A stretch of 63,989 nt of DNA, filler included, from Perkinsus olseni (lineage: Eukaryota), in NCBI GenBank assembly GCA_013115125.1. It is 4 parts of 4 records of this genome, joined end to end, with 100 filler letters (N's around TTAATTAATTAA, not from the genome) between each part and the next. Parts side by side here need not be neighbours in the genome. Positions count along the whole stretch, not along the records: positions 48,199 to 63,989 come from JABANN010000694.1; 3 more parts are not named here. One strand, 5' to 3'. The notes under the pieces were generated by a model, which was not told where the DNA came from, ran no database searches, and saw only the letters and a program-made list of their open reading frames with translations. The position numbers and the translations under genes were made by a program. Every line of letters begins with the position of its first letter. Positions within the stretch are counted from its first letter, which is position 1. Below, in pieces: positions 50,037 through 62,997 of the stretch.

Positions 50037-50589
50037 CATTTTGGGCTGGCCCTATTTTCAGCAGCCGGAGCGTAGCCTTGACGGCTCCCCTAAAGGCCAC
50101 TGCAGGCAGTTCACGTGTTTTTCGTCAGTCGCACTTCTTCTCTCGGATAAATAGTCGTTTTGCGTATATCATGCCGATCAGTCAGTTGGATGTGGTCGAT
50201 GAGCACAGCTGTCACGTACATCGACATCGACTGCATGCCTATGAAAGAAGATTATCTCATTGATTTATTAGCAGTTTACTCGCCAACTGCTGAGAAATCG
50301 TGCTCACGGGACTCTACAAGTGCAAATGCTGAGTAGACCACTCTCATACTGAATCTCCTCACGGAGCTCATAGGTGAACAGTATAGAGACTGGGATGCTG
50401 CCAATGAAGCAGTTACGTATCGAGAGATGGTCCGGCTGTTGTGCCTGCTAGTGCCAAGGAGTTTACGAAACCCAGAGCTCGAGTAAGGACACAGCGGTAA
50501 GAGGGATGGCTATTAATCTAAACTGAAAAACAACACCGTAGACGATACAGCTAACAGCACAACGAATAGCATGCCTCCAATCACAACTG

Positions 50590-51075
50590 TCACTCAGTCC
50601 GCTTAACCCTCGAAGAACATACGAAATTGCTTACCACCGATGGGCAAGTCAATACAAGAGGGAAGCTTATTCGCGATGTTGGAGAAAGAATGCGTGGACA
50701 CAAATATCTAACGCCCCCGGGTCACACGATCAATGGCGAGAGTCTGATGGCTGAGCTTACCTTCTTCGACTCTCCCGAGAAGGCACACTTGAAGTTTCGG
50801 GGCACCGAGAACACGGTATCTGGTATGGGGTCGCTTGCGCTCTTCTCTCTGTCTCTCCACATTCAACCAAGCATACACCAAGTCGTGAATGCGGAGGACT
50901 CCCTTCTCCTCGGCGAATCGATCGAAATCGAGATCACTCCCGACCTCAAGAAGCGCTCAGAGATGATCAAAACCTTCAACGAGCAGTTCGGTGATTTCTT
51001 CGAAGCCGGGAAAGATGACTTCAAGCGGATGTTCTTCACTCCTTCCAGGGACGGAATGGGGCACGATTATATACA
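50590..51075. pseudogene. Inversion-broken member of the tRNA-linked secreted family
   Basis: C-terminal codons on minus strand (~50590-50652), gene body on plus strand (~50653-51075); no signal peptide. Confidence 0.75.
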
Positions 51076-51578
51076 GATAACAATTGTGCATGCATGCTAC
51101 AAAGTATTGCAAGTTTTCAAGTTTGCCAAGGTAAAGTTATTGTGTTGCGCGGCCTGTTGCGCGTGATCATAGAGGGACATGCCGTCGACTGGGAACTGAG
51201 TAAATTCATTTTCTCACGGATTTTGTCCAATTCTCGCGGAACAATCTCGCTCGCCCAAAATTCCCGCGCGCGTTGACAACGCGGCGTTGTGTTACGACAA
51301 TAATCTCGGAATTTTCTACCTTGCCCAATGCGTTCATCCGAGGACTATTCCGGAATCCTGAGGATAGCTTTGGAGCTTGCCCGACATTAATGGCCCCTTA
51401 CACTACGCGGCCTTCGGGTTCGAGGTGAAGGTCGCCCGAAGGGCGACCTGAGTCGGGTTTCGGGTTCGCGGGGGTTACGGTCAGGACTCTCCTAGGTCTT
51501 GGTCAACTTTTCAACGCTTACCAGCCTAACATCCCAGGTCTGGTGACTTCGTCGTATCTCTACCTAAGTCTATTCCTT

Positions 51579-51690
51579 CGTGACTATTCCTCTGCATCCG
51601 TGACTATTCTCTATTATTCCTCCGTGACTTTTGCACATTGGGCGAGCGAAATTCTGTCCGTGACTGTTCACCGACTTCCGTGATTATTCC
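51579..51690. repeat. CCGTGACTATT-like tandem motif (probable transposon subterminal region)
   Basis: About five spaced copies. Confidence 0.5.
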
Positions 51691-52851
51691 CTTCCACCCG
51701 GAACTTGGAACTGGACAAGACCGTAGAGACCAGAGAAGACAGAAAGTAGCAGTAGTAGTAGTAGTAGTAGTGCAGAGAATGTGACGGGGATCGACGGGAT
51801 CAGACGGAACAAAGAGGATCCAACAAAGAAGAGCACTGCAGACACAAAATACTGACGTATCTATTACAATAGTATCTACTAATCACGATGAATGATCGTG
51901 GATCATAACAGTATCATCGCAACTACTAGCCTCAGAGCGACCGTTACATGGGTACAATTGTCGTGCAAATTGCACGGTGCAATTATTGTGCAACGTACGC
52001 GCAATCTAGAGAGTGCAAAACTGTTCAGTGCGAGAACTTTTTATCTACGACGAGTTTTAGCCTCAAACTTCGTTTATACACTCTCCTTGATGTGTTATAA
52101 TGAAAACCAGGTCGCGCAACCAAGACTCGAAAAAAATAATTTCACCAATTTTTGGACCCCCCGGCAAGCACCCTATGCCTCCCATCGACATCGTACAGTA
52201 TCTTGCTCTCATGTCCCCAAACTTGTGCTACATACAGTACAATAACTAGCGTACCTGGGACGATACTAACCGACAGGAGAAGGATGACCATCGTTTGAAC
52301 TTCGGCTCCAGCGACCCTCTCGTGTAACCCCTTTCATATATATTACCCAACTTAGTCGACTGGGTGGTGTGGAGAGGACCTAAGGCTTTCAGGTCTCCAC
52401 CCAAAGCCTTGGTCACGGGGCAGAAACCCGTCTAACTGGTACACCGTTCACACAGGTGCGTCCCGTCACCCAGTCCACTAGGAAAAATCTTGCCCATCAC
52501 TCAAAATCTTCCGCTGCAGTTGACCCTAGCCTCGAGTGAGACTCTCCAGGAAGGATAACCCCATAGCAGCATGACTCGAACGTATGGAGACTGACACCAG
52601 GGAATCCACCTCCTTGATAACGCGGACGCGCTCGCCTATTCTGCCGTCGTCCGGGCCGAGAGTACCGGGAGATACAGAATAGATCTCAAGCGGAATTCCT
52701 ATAAGTCAGCAGTGGTACTTGAATCTGTGCAAGTTGAGCCTACGAGGTTCACTGGCTACCTCCTTGACCACTCGGACACGCTTGATGGTCCCCAGGGGCG
52801 GGCTAATTGGCATCGGAAGGAACAGCACAGAACTCCACCGGACTAGTAAAC

Positions 52852-52933
52852 CGACAGCGGCAGGATTCAAACCTGCGCAGGCAGAGTCTAGAGGATTTCG
52901 AGTCCACCTCCTTAACCACTCGGACACGCTGTC
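52852..52933 (-). tRNA. tRNA-Ser(CGA), slightly degenerate
   Basis: 82 nt; T loop TTTGAAT; one anticodon-stem mismatch. Confidence 0.7.
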
Positions 52934-53577
52934 TGAAGTATGGAGTAGTAGGAAGTAGCACCAACATCGTAGCTAAGACAGCTATCTAGAAAACCACTGC
53001 GGGCGGTTCACGTCGTCTTCCTCAGCCGCACCCCCTCTCTCGCATGAACAGTCTCTATGGCGTCGATCATGTTGATTAGTCAGTTCAATGTCGCCGGATA
53101 GTATTCGGCGAATAGTCGAATTGATCGTCGACTTGGATTATCCAAGTTGGATAGCGACTGCATGCCTATGAAAGAATATCATCTCAATGGTTTATCAGCA
53201 GTTGATTCGCCACGATAATGAAGAAGTTAGATACCATGAAGGTGACGGTCGACATACTTTGCTCACGGGATTCTGCGAGTGCAGAGGCTAAGTAGGTCTC
53301 CCAGGGAGACCCTAAGGGAGACTCTCCCATATACTGAATCTCCTCGCGAAGTATCGAGCTGGGCTGTATAAAACTGGGATGCGGCGTATGAAGCAGTTCC
53401 GTGTTGTGAGGCAGTGCGGCTATTGCGTTTGGTAGTGGCCAGGAGCTCGAGTCTCGAGAAGCTCAGAACTCGAAGTTGGGCACAGCGATAAGTGGGACGG
53501 TCATTAATCTCACTTGAAAGTAGCACCTTAGACGATACAACTAACATCCGAACAAAAGGGCATGCTAATCACACTTG

Positions 53578-54189
53578 TCACTCACCCTTCCCAGCCCTGT
53601 AGAACATACGAAATGGCTTACCACCGATGGGCACGTTGATGAAGTCTTTCTCCATTCCGTCTCTGGAAGGAGTGAAGAACACCAACTTAAAGTCATCTTT
53701 CCAGGCCTTGAAGAAATCACCGAACTGCTTGTTGAAGGTTTTGATCACCTGTGAGCGCTTTTTGTGGACGTGGCTGACCTTGATTTCGATCGATTCGCCG
53801 AGGGGAAGGGAGTCTTCCGAGTTCACGACTTGGTGTATGCTTGGTTGAATGTCGAGAGAAAGTTGGATAAGGGCGTGCGGTCGCCTTCCGGTGGCCGTGT
53901 TCTCAGCGCTCCAAAACGTTAAGCTTGCCGTAGCGGGAGAGTCGAAGAAGGCTAGCTCAGCCATTAGAGTCTTGCCGTTGATCGTGCTATTCGGGAGCGT
54001 CACATATTTGTGTCCACGCATTCTTTCGCCGATTCTGTCAACAAGACTGCCCCTTAGCGCTCCGTATTTTATCATCATTTCTTTCCTCTGAATACGATCC
54101 TGACCAGCGAATAGTTCCAGAAGGTGGACTTCCGATGAAGAGGCGAGGATGCTGCTGCAGAAGGCGAGAGCGAGTATAACGCGCATCAT
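53578..54189 (-). CDS. Secreted hypothetical protein, tRNA-linked family
   Basis: Signal peptide MMRVILALAFCSSILASS; ERMRGHKY..INGKTLMAELAFF..FGDFFKAWKDDFK..IGGKPFRM. Confidence 0.85.
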   Translation of the reverse strand: MMRVILALAFCSSILASSSEVHLLELFAGQDRIQRKEMMIKYGALRGSLVDRIGERMRGHKYVTLPNSTINGKTLMAELAFFDSPATASLTFWSAENTATGRRPHALIQLSLDIQPSIHQVVNSEDSLPLGESIEIKVSHVHKKRSQVIKTFNKQFGDFFKAWKDDFKLVFFTPSRDGMEKDFINVPIGGKPFRMFYRAGKGE

Positions 54190-54699
54190 GTAAAAGGGGG
54201 ATGTGAGGAAATTGGCAATGGCTCGATTTACACAACGATCGATTTCCTATAATGTCTCCAGGCGAGCGATATCTCACCATTCTGTTGATCACTGGCTGAC
54301 TGTTGTGACTATATTTTTACTATCCATTCGATTCCAGTGTTGTGAACCCAGTAAACCAAGTTGTCGGAGCATCTCCCAGGTGCTTTATTTGCAACAATTA
54401 GGTAGAGGCGGGTATTTTGAGGGCGATGGCTGCGTGCCCGTGAAGCTCGGCAATAAGCCTTACGTTGCACTAGGTAGGGCGAAACACCTGCCAGGATGTG
54501 ACATTTCCTGCACTCTCGTGTCTATCGTGTTGCCGGGTAATTTCTCCCATTATCCGGCTCTTCACTAAGGGGTAGTGAGCGCCCAAACTCGACCGAACGC
54601 AATACCACTGAGCGATCTAAATTAACCAAAACTCATAGTCCTTGAATATGCATGCCATTCGGTAAGTCGCTACCCTCGTTGAAAGCAGCAGGGACGGAA

Positions 54700-55880
54700 C
54701 TTGCAGAACCAGAAAAAATCACGGAGAATGTCTCTACGACGATGGGCTGAGACGTTCACTGCTGCCCGGCTCCCTCTGTCACTTGAGCACTCCCTCTAGC
54801 GGCGGTAACCTCGTCGAAAGTGGCCGAAGAAGCTTTGGCAATTGCGGTGGATATCAGACCCAGCTCATTCTCGAGGCCTTCATTCTGAACAGAAAATGCC
54901 AGACTTCTCTGCGCTGATGAGCTACTCGTAGCCTCAAGTAGAGGCTCTCTACAATATAAAGTAAGAGTCGTCCTTCACAGTGTCCCGTGAACATCGAACG
55001 CCGGAAGCCGCTACACAGCCTTCCGTGAATCCTAGATGACAATTTATGCCCAGGGACTCCCCTTTTGGCTATCAAGCCTATCACCAATACGCTTTTTCTC
55101 ATGCACGACTGCCATCAGAAATGGCAAGCAATACAGTAACAAAGATACAGCGCTACTCGCATACCCGAACTCGCGTCCGGTCATTCCTGGCACGATAAAC
55201 TTGCTGAATCTAATCCCTGGCGAACCAACATACATCGGTGCTAGTCTAATCAAGCCGGGTCCCGGCGTTCGACTTGAAACTCACAGAAACGAGTGTACGG
55301 TATATCCACAGCAGTGAGGAGCTTTCCAGGGTGATGATGGCCCTGGCGTACTTGCATCCGTAGAGCCTCGAGCTCGTTTTCGAGCGCTTTCTTTCTGGCT
55401 TCCTCATTCTCTGAGAAATGGCGTCAGAGGTGAATGCCTCGGTCTAAAAGATCTCACCAACAGGTAGCGGCTTGTTGTTATTGCGTCGGTCACACGTAGA
55501 ATTGACGGCTAGCTGGAGATTTTTCACCTGAACAAACGAGTATCTTTCTGCAGCAAGTTCCAGACTTTGGAATCCAGAGTGAGGTGAACTCGTTTATCGG
55601 GAGAGTTCCTGTTGCGACGCTGCGCTTAATATGGAATTTCATGACCAGTCATAAACACGCAGCTGCAGCACGTATATTTGCGCTCAGGGCAACTAGTGCT
55701 TCTTTCGCTGCCACGTTTCGTAGTCTAGCATCGCCAGTAGGCTTGTCTCCACTCAAGGCTACGACTTCCCGACTGAAGGGCTAGCATCATCAGGAATGGG
55801 CATTTCGGTGAAAAGGTCAAACTAGATCAATCGATCATTGCACTGGCATGCTCGCTAGGGCCGTTTTCCCTAGCGATCAA
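54700..55880 (+). mobile_element. Degenerate hAT-like transposase relic
   Basis: MALAYLHP and FRSLASPVGLSPLKATTS loosely resemble hAT LDP and C-terminal dimerisation motifs. Confidence 0.3.
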
Positions 55881-57913
55881 CACTGACTTGATAACCACCT
55901 ATCCAGGGCACACCCAACCTGCCTCGAACATAGCCATCCCGAGATCCTCTTTCAACTCACTCGTCATCATTATCACAGATGATATCACCGCAGTGGCAAC
56001 AGAGGCAGACATTCCAGCGTATCTTGAAGATACTATCTTTAGTAAGTACATTCAACACACTTTACATCCAAGCAAGTCAGGTATCCTGCCCATAGTATTC
56101 GGCGATTGTCTAAATCTGTGAGTATCTTCTCTTGCGCTAATCGCAGACCACGGCAATGCCATGCTTACTGTCTACACAATTGAACTGTGTGCACGCTAGC
56201 TTCATCGTACTAGCGTGCTGTGATCAACTCCAATTCTCTCAACTACTCCAGTTCCCATCCGCTCTATCTCGTCCACTATGAGCCCAATCTACTCATGTCG
56301 TGTTCTACAACTACACTCCCCCGAGCAGACACGATTTTCTGAGTCCACTCGAAGCCCGACGTCACGTCGGTGACGTGGCCATATCATGCGTAGGCCGTAT
56401 CGCGTGCATCGTTACACCAATCAATGAAGGGTTACTTTCGGTAGACGAGCACTCGACTCACCTGGCTTGATCGCAGAGCTCGAGGTCGCGCAATGAAAGG
56501 GCGTTCTTCAACTGGCGGATCTCCGATACCGTCGACTGAAATAGGGGCGTTCTCGTCACAAAATACTGTCATGAAAAATTGCTGCCGACTCGGGAGCAGC
56601 AAAATCTGTAATCGCCCTCGGAAAAAGGCGATTACACGGCGTGTTGACAAATGGCACTGGCCTCTGGCCGGCCGGCCGGCACTAGGAGGGGGACTTTAGC
56701 AGGGCGCATCCGCGAGGGAACAGTGAAGGCGGCCTAGCCTGTACGTACAGGGAGAATTAATTGCTTATGCAAATCACAGAAAATACGGAGTATTTTTTTG
56801 AAAAAAATCAAGGAAATTCCTTGAATACGGAGTTGCTACAGGTAAAAGTTTGATTGCGTTTCTGTTTTGACGAGAGAAATTCCATGATATATCGATCAAC
56901 CGTTTCATTGTGTAGAACGAATTCCTTCACCCGAAGTACCAACAGCAGCAGTGTCTTTCCGCTTTTAATTTAGGCTGCGTAAGAGTAGCACGCCGCCAGA
57001 ATCGTCCGCGAGATTTCGAAACACTCGCCGTGCACGATCATTCTAAACCTCCCTATGCAGCCTGGGACTCGCTAGAAGAGTACCATGCCTTCGTGCTGAG
57101 GTGATCCGAGCCTAGCTAGATACTCTCTACTGTAGGCTGGTGACAATAGTGAAGCACTAATGAAAACCACGAGCCGTCTCATCACACCGGTAGGATGATA
57201 GAATCATTACTGCTGTGCGAAAATGAATACGATAGAAACCGTCAAAAACACAGGCTACTGAAGGGCCGCGCTCCCTTCTCACCTTGTTGGTCTTAGCACG
57301 AGCGGCTTTCGGTGACATCTCGGATACTCTGGGGGCGCCTGTCAATGAACAGCGGAGGCTGGGAATCTCCACTAGCAAAGAGACCAGTGGTCCTGGCCAG
57401 ATTTAATGCACGCTAACGAGCTCAAGATCTCACGAAGATCAACGAAATCCATATCTTGTCTATCATATCATGTCAATGCGACAAAAAGTCTCCGACTATG
57501 CGCATTGGCAAGAGTCTTACCAAGCCGGAACCGGCGTTGGACTATAAACTCACACACACACTCCATATCTTGTCTACACTATCGATCATCTGGTCCAGAG
57601 GCTCTGGACCAGAGCTTAAGGTTATTTGTCAGCGCCTCCACGCGGGACTTACCTCCGGAACCAGGACGTACGGCAGACGACGGGGACAATCTACTCGTGG
57701 ACGAGGTCATGAGAGAACCTCGAAAGCTTAAGCAGTCATCACGCTTATTGCGTGTCGAGAAGACGCTCCGCCCGACCAGGCCTCGCCCTTCACTCAGCCG
57801 TCACCGGCTGTGCTTTTCCCCGTTATTGTATCATCTACTTCACAAAAAATATCCGCCTTCATACAACTAACAGCACATCAGAGAACATGTTCATAACCAC
57901 ACTTTGACCATCT

Positions 57914-58564
57914 TCAGTGTTTCTCTTCGACGAACCGTTGTGGATACATACGAAGTAGCTTCCCACCTATGGTCATATCGATGTGATCCGTCCCATGACG
58001 GTCACCATTGGGAATGAACGTCATCTCTTTGAAGTCGTCTTTCCCAGCCTTGAGGACATCTCCTAACTTCTCGTTGAAAGATTTTATCGCTTTCCGGCGC
58101 AACACGCGTTTGACGAAGCCCCAAGATAAGAGCGATGATTCAAGGGTTATCCAAGTGTGGATTCGTACAGACCTCAAGTGGCGGAGGTCCCCGGGATATT
58201 GCAAGTCCTGCCAACCCGGGGTAGGTCCATAATTGAGTGACAATGAGAAATCCGGCTCGACTTCCTTATGTTCGCCCTGCCAAAACTGCAAGTCCACCTT
58301 GCTGGCAGCAGGCTCAAAGACCGCTTTAGCAATGAGGCTCGTCCCATTCACTGTGTTGTTCAAGGACGTTGAATATTCTTTTCCAACCACCCGTTTATAG
58401 ACGATACGACTGATTCGCTTTTTCGCCTCTCTCTGGCGCATTTCGTCCATCTCGGCTTGCCCCCATGTGCTAAGATAGCTAATTCAAAAAAGAGGCTCGA
58501 CGCTGCACGATACAGAGCCTAAGATACCACCGTACACAGCAGCAACAGAGAATATAGAGCGCAT
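57914..58564 (-). pseudogene. Divergent family member with an in-frame TGA after the signal peptide
   Basis: MRSIFSVAAVYGGILGSVSC..EPLF*ISY.. is in frame with the 178-aa ORF (NTVNGTSLIAK, FNEKLGDVLKAGKDDFKEM, IGGKLLRM); TGA at 58484-58486. Confidence 0.7.
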
Positions 58565-60072
58565 GGCCGGAGAGAACGATGGTGGAAGACCGCAACCGCT
58601 CGATCGATGTATCATGGGGCGAGCTCACAGTATTCAAGGATGGGCGAAATTTGAATACCTTCCGAGCGGCCGACGCTTCCGGCAACGTTGGAGTCAGCGG
58701 AGCAAGTAGCGCTACAAGGCTTGTAGGCTACAAGTGGTAGCGCTACTGAATAGCGGCTTCGTAGAACAAGGCAAGGATGTCGAGAGGGTTTATTCAACCC
58801 AGCGCTTAAGCTGCCGATGAATCAACAGGATGTGAGCATAAGTAAACATACAACGAAAATTAAACTGCTTTATTGAGCCAGTCAATTGATCTCTCAACCC
58901 GGGTTCACGACTCTAGCTAAGCTGAGTCGCGTGATCGCGCTGCGCGCAGGTTCAATTCCCCGCGGTCGCACTTTAACAACACTAGTGGCTTGGGCCACTC
59001 TTAGGAGTCGCGAAGTAGAGATTCCCCATTGTCGTTGTAAGCACCCACTTTAATGAACCCAACCACACTGCTCAAGCAGTTGATACCCTTCGGATAACTC
59101 GTGTATGAGGTACTGTCCCTCGACGAGAGGAGTAGCGCCAAACAAGTGAAGAAATCTTCCCCAGGGACAAGTCTTATAGCAAACTGCCTACAATGGGCCG
59201 ATCATGGGCCACCTACACCAATCATCGATCAGATCACCATAATCTCGTCTCAGATAATAGTAATACTAAGTGCTGTGCGCGTTTAGTGCGGACGCACGCG
59301 CGCCGTGTCATAACATGAACGCACACAAAATAGACAACCGCTGTCTACAGGAAGACAACCGTGACGGCTGACCCGTCACAGTCCGCACATCAGTCTTAAG
59401 CCATTGAACGCATCACCAATCCTACCTCAACCAGTCGGCCGAGGGTCGTCGCATACCATGCCTGGTTGGCCGCGTGCCAAGGGCGATAGCCACCAGCAGG
59501 AGAGAAATGATTTCCATCAGAAGGGCAACCCCCCCCCAGTAGCAAGACCCGAACCTTCCCCCACAGGAACCACCAGTTTTTATCCCTTGTCCCCCAATCC
59601 CCGCTGGCGAGGACGGCAGTCCTGCCTTATACTCACCAGCCTGACAACTAGTAGTTGTCAGCTACCCTCGTTGCTTCTGCGTATTATAAGTCCCAACCCT
59701 ACCCTCTATGCGCCTTCGCTAGCTGCACGTACGTTTGCTCCAGCGAACACACCGTTCCTTGTCACGCTATTGAACATACGCTTGAAGCCCGGAACGAGAT
59801 CAGTTCTCTCCGGCCTCCTCTCAAGTCCGGTTTTAGCTTACTTTGGGCCTCAGCTCAAATAGCCATACTGTATCAAGTTAGTGCATACCACACTGCGCGC
59901 ATTTGCAAAGCAGAAGCTCTGGCTTCTGCTTTGTTCTGCCATCTATGTCACGTGGATGCCAGGGCCGGGCAGACTATGTGCTTCAATCCTCAATAGCGGC
60001 CCGGTCGAATCGTTACAACTATTCATGGAGCGCGATCGTTTCGTTCCCTCAGTTGAGCTGTCATATAGAGTC

Positions 60073-61442
60073 ATGCTGATGCATCTGGCATACTCGTTGT
60101 TGATCTCTCTGGTCCTATTAGCCTGTGGCGAGGCTGCTTCCAGTCGTACGCTGGTTACGGTGTCTTACAGTGGGACGTCACTGGACATCCGGCGTTTGCC
60201 GAAGATGATGGCACAGGCCGCCGCTGTCTCCGGTGCTGCAAGGTTGCGCTATTTGAACCCAGACGACCAAGAGTGTGAGAAATGCTTCGCACAGGAAGGA
60301 ATGATCTATGACTTGACGGCTATTGGGGTCCAGATTGTGAGGTCCCAATGCTCGGCAAGTTACAACCAAATACTCAACTACTTGAAGAAGGCCAAGGGTA
60401 TGCTCGGGATTGACTTCACTTGCGAGCCCGACTCTGGGTTCGCCCTAATGCCAGCTCCTAACCGAGGAAAGGCTTCCCACCATGGGCCAAGCGACTGTAC
60501 TGGTGGCAACCGCAAGCTCCATACCAACGATCCCATCTCCGCCTGCCAGAGCAACCATGAGGTCATTCGCATCGGTGCTGCTTGGCGAGCGGTTAGGAAA
60601 GCCACGCGAAGGCTGAGAAAAGTGGTATTGGCAATTGTCGACTCCGGGGTTGAAATGGAGCACCCGGATCTTGTTAATCAGTTCTGGAAGAACCCGGCTG
60701 ACGGATCTATCGGTTACGACTTCATCACCAACACTAATAAACTTACCGACGGTCTGGGTCACGGAACATTCTGTGCGGGGATAGCGGCAGCTCAGACCAA
60801 CAACCGTATTGGAATCGCCGGAGTGGCAAATGCCGACCCCCTAGAGCTCAACGTGGAGTTGATGATTTTGAGGATCTGTGATGAGTTTGGCTGGTGCCTT
60901 CTCAGCAATGAGCTGAGAGCACTCGACTACGCGGTGAAAATGAATGCAACAGTATCCTCTCATTCGTATGGGGCACCGAATACGACTAAAGCCGCGGAGA
61001 AGGCATGGGAGAAGGCCACTGCTACCGGGCATCTCGCAGTTGTTGCTTCTGGCAACTACGGGGACAACTTGGACGAAGGCTATACAATCTACCCTTGTCA
61101 GTTTGCCAAGACCATGCCTATGCTCTGCATCACTGGCAGCACCTCATCTCCAAATACTAAGATCTTTCTGGCCGATTTCTCCGACGCTGGCTCGTTCACT
61201 AAGGTGGCTGCCCCCGCCATTGATGTGAATTCAACAGTCCCTCCAAGCACATACGACAGTGGTTCCGGAACGTCGGCGTCTGCCCCCACCGCTGCCGGTG
61301 TAGCAGCTATGCTGGCTACAAGGGTCCAGAGATAGTCGATGTCATCACGCGCTCTCGTACAGCTGGTATACCCAACCAATTTAATATCCCTGACATCGGG
61401 GAATTGGACGCGCTGGAGGCAGTTCGTATGGCCCTTGGATAG
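60073..61442 (+). CDS. Secreted subtilisin (S8) protease with a frameshift near the C-terminus
   Basis: Signal peptide; triad IVDSG, GHGTFCAG, GTSASAP; oxyanion ASGN; tail GYKGPEIVDVI..GELDALEAV is in another frame after ~61318. Confidence 0.9.
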
Positions 61443-62290
61443 CCGACCAGCTCCCTCTGGGCCAGAGGCCGATGACCGGAGGCTCTGGCCATCCGCTTCT
61501 CGGTCAACGCCTACATCTACTTCCGCTGTCCATGTCTAGTCTGTCCCACATTTCTTGAGGAGATTATCTCATCATCTCCTAGTCCCCTTCGAAGAGAACC
61601 ATTTAGTTGTCTAGATGTCCCCACCCTATTGTGACCTCATTGTTTCGGAATTTCACCGCATGAAGTGGGTTCGTCGATGATTTATGCGGTGAGCATCTCT
61701 GTGAGGAAAAGGATAAGATTCCAAGATTACACTAAAGTTATCTTTGTCGAGTTCGTCTCGTCCCTGAAAGCAACACCACGACATCCGGGTTGCGCAGACT
61801 GGGTAGTACCCAGTGGGTACGGACACTGGTGCTGCGACCCCATCATGGCTCAGGAGAGTAACGTGCAGCTGGGGACGCAGCAGGCTCATGATGCGCCCTC
61901 ATGCCTTCCAATACCTCACTTTAAAGCGAACTCGGCTAGTTCAACTAGCAATAAAGGCTTAGGAAAATGTTGCTTAGTGAGCCCTCGGGGTTCAGCCCTG
62001 CTGGTTAACCAAATGCCCGGTTGTTAATGGCTCCCTGTCGTCGGCTCAGTCGACTCAGCTCGGGCACAGCGACACTCGAAGTTCTGTTCATGCCTACTCC
62101 TTATTATATCTCCCTTTTACGGACTGACGACCGAACTTGTGTGAGAAGCAATCATGCAATAGCGCGAACGATGAATTCTTGCACGGGTTTGGCCACATAC
62201 CAATGCTCATACCATCATTTCTCTCGAACAGTTCTGACTGTAGCCTACAACTAAGGACGAATAAACCGCATCTCGACCAAATCATCATCC

Positions 62291-62372
62291 CGACAGCGGC
62301 AGGATTCGAACCTGCGCAGGCAGAGCCTAGTGGATTTCGAGTCCACCTCCTTAACCACTCGGACACGCTGTC
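62291..62372 (-). tRNA. tRNA-Ser(CGA)
   Basis: Intact 82-nt cloverleaf GACAGCG..GTGGA-CTCGAAA-TCCAC..GGTTCGAATCC..CGCTGTCG. Confidence 0.92.
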
Positions 62373-62997
62373 TGCTACATACTTGGCATGGGAAAGTGGT
62401 AGCAGGATCACACGTCTGGGCAAGGCGCCATCCGATGGCGACGATCCGTCGCAGGGGCTTGCATTCTCTGTACGACGGTGGCTGCACTGCACAAGGTTCA
62501 CGCGGTATTCAGCTGGAACACTCTTTCTCTCTCGGTTCGACCTCTCCTACTGCATGAATAATGCCGATGAATCAGTTTTATGTGATTGGTGAAGACGGTT
62601 GTCACGTAGCCACCGAATAGTCGAATCGATCGATAATAGATACCGACTGCACGCTTATAAGAAAGTACCATTTCACTGACTCGTCAGTAGAGTAATCGGT
62701 CTGGTTATGAGGAGCTTATATACCATAAAGGTGATGGTCGGAACACAGTCCTCGCGGAACCTTGCAAGTGCAGATGCGGATTAGATCGTCCTCCTGCTGA
62801 ATCTCCTTGCGGAGTATTGAGGGGGATAGCGCAGAGACTGGTACGTCATGTTCAAGGATCTTACGAAACTCGGAGCTTCAATAAAGGCACAGCAATAAGC
62901 GAGTCTGTTATTAATCTCACTGGAGAGTAACAACGGAGGCGATACAACCAACAGAACAACAGAGCATGTCTTCAATCACACCTTGCACTCACTCTTC

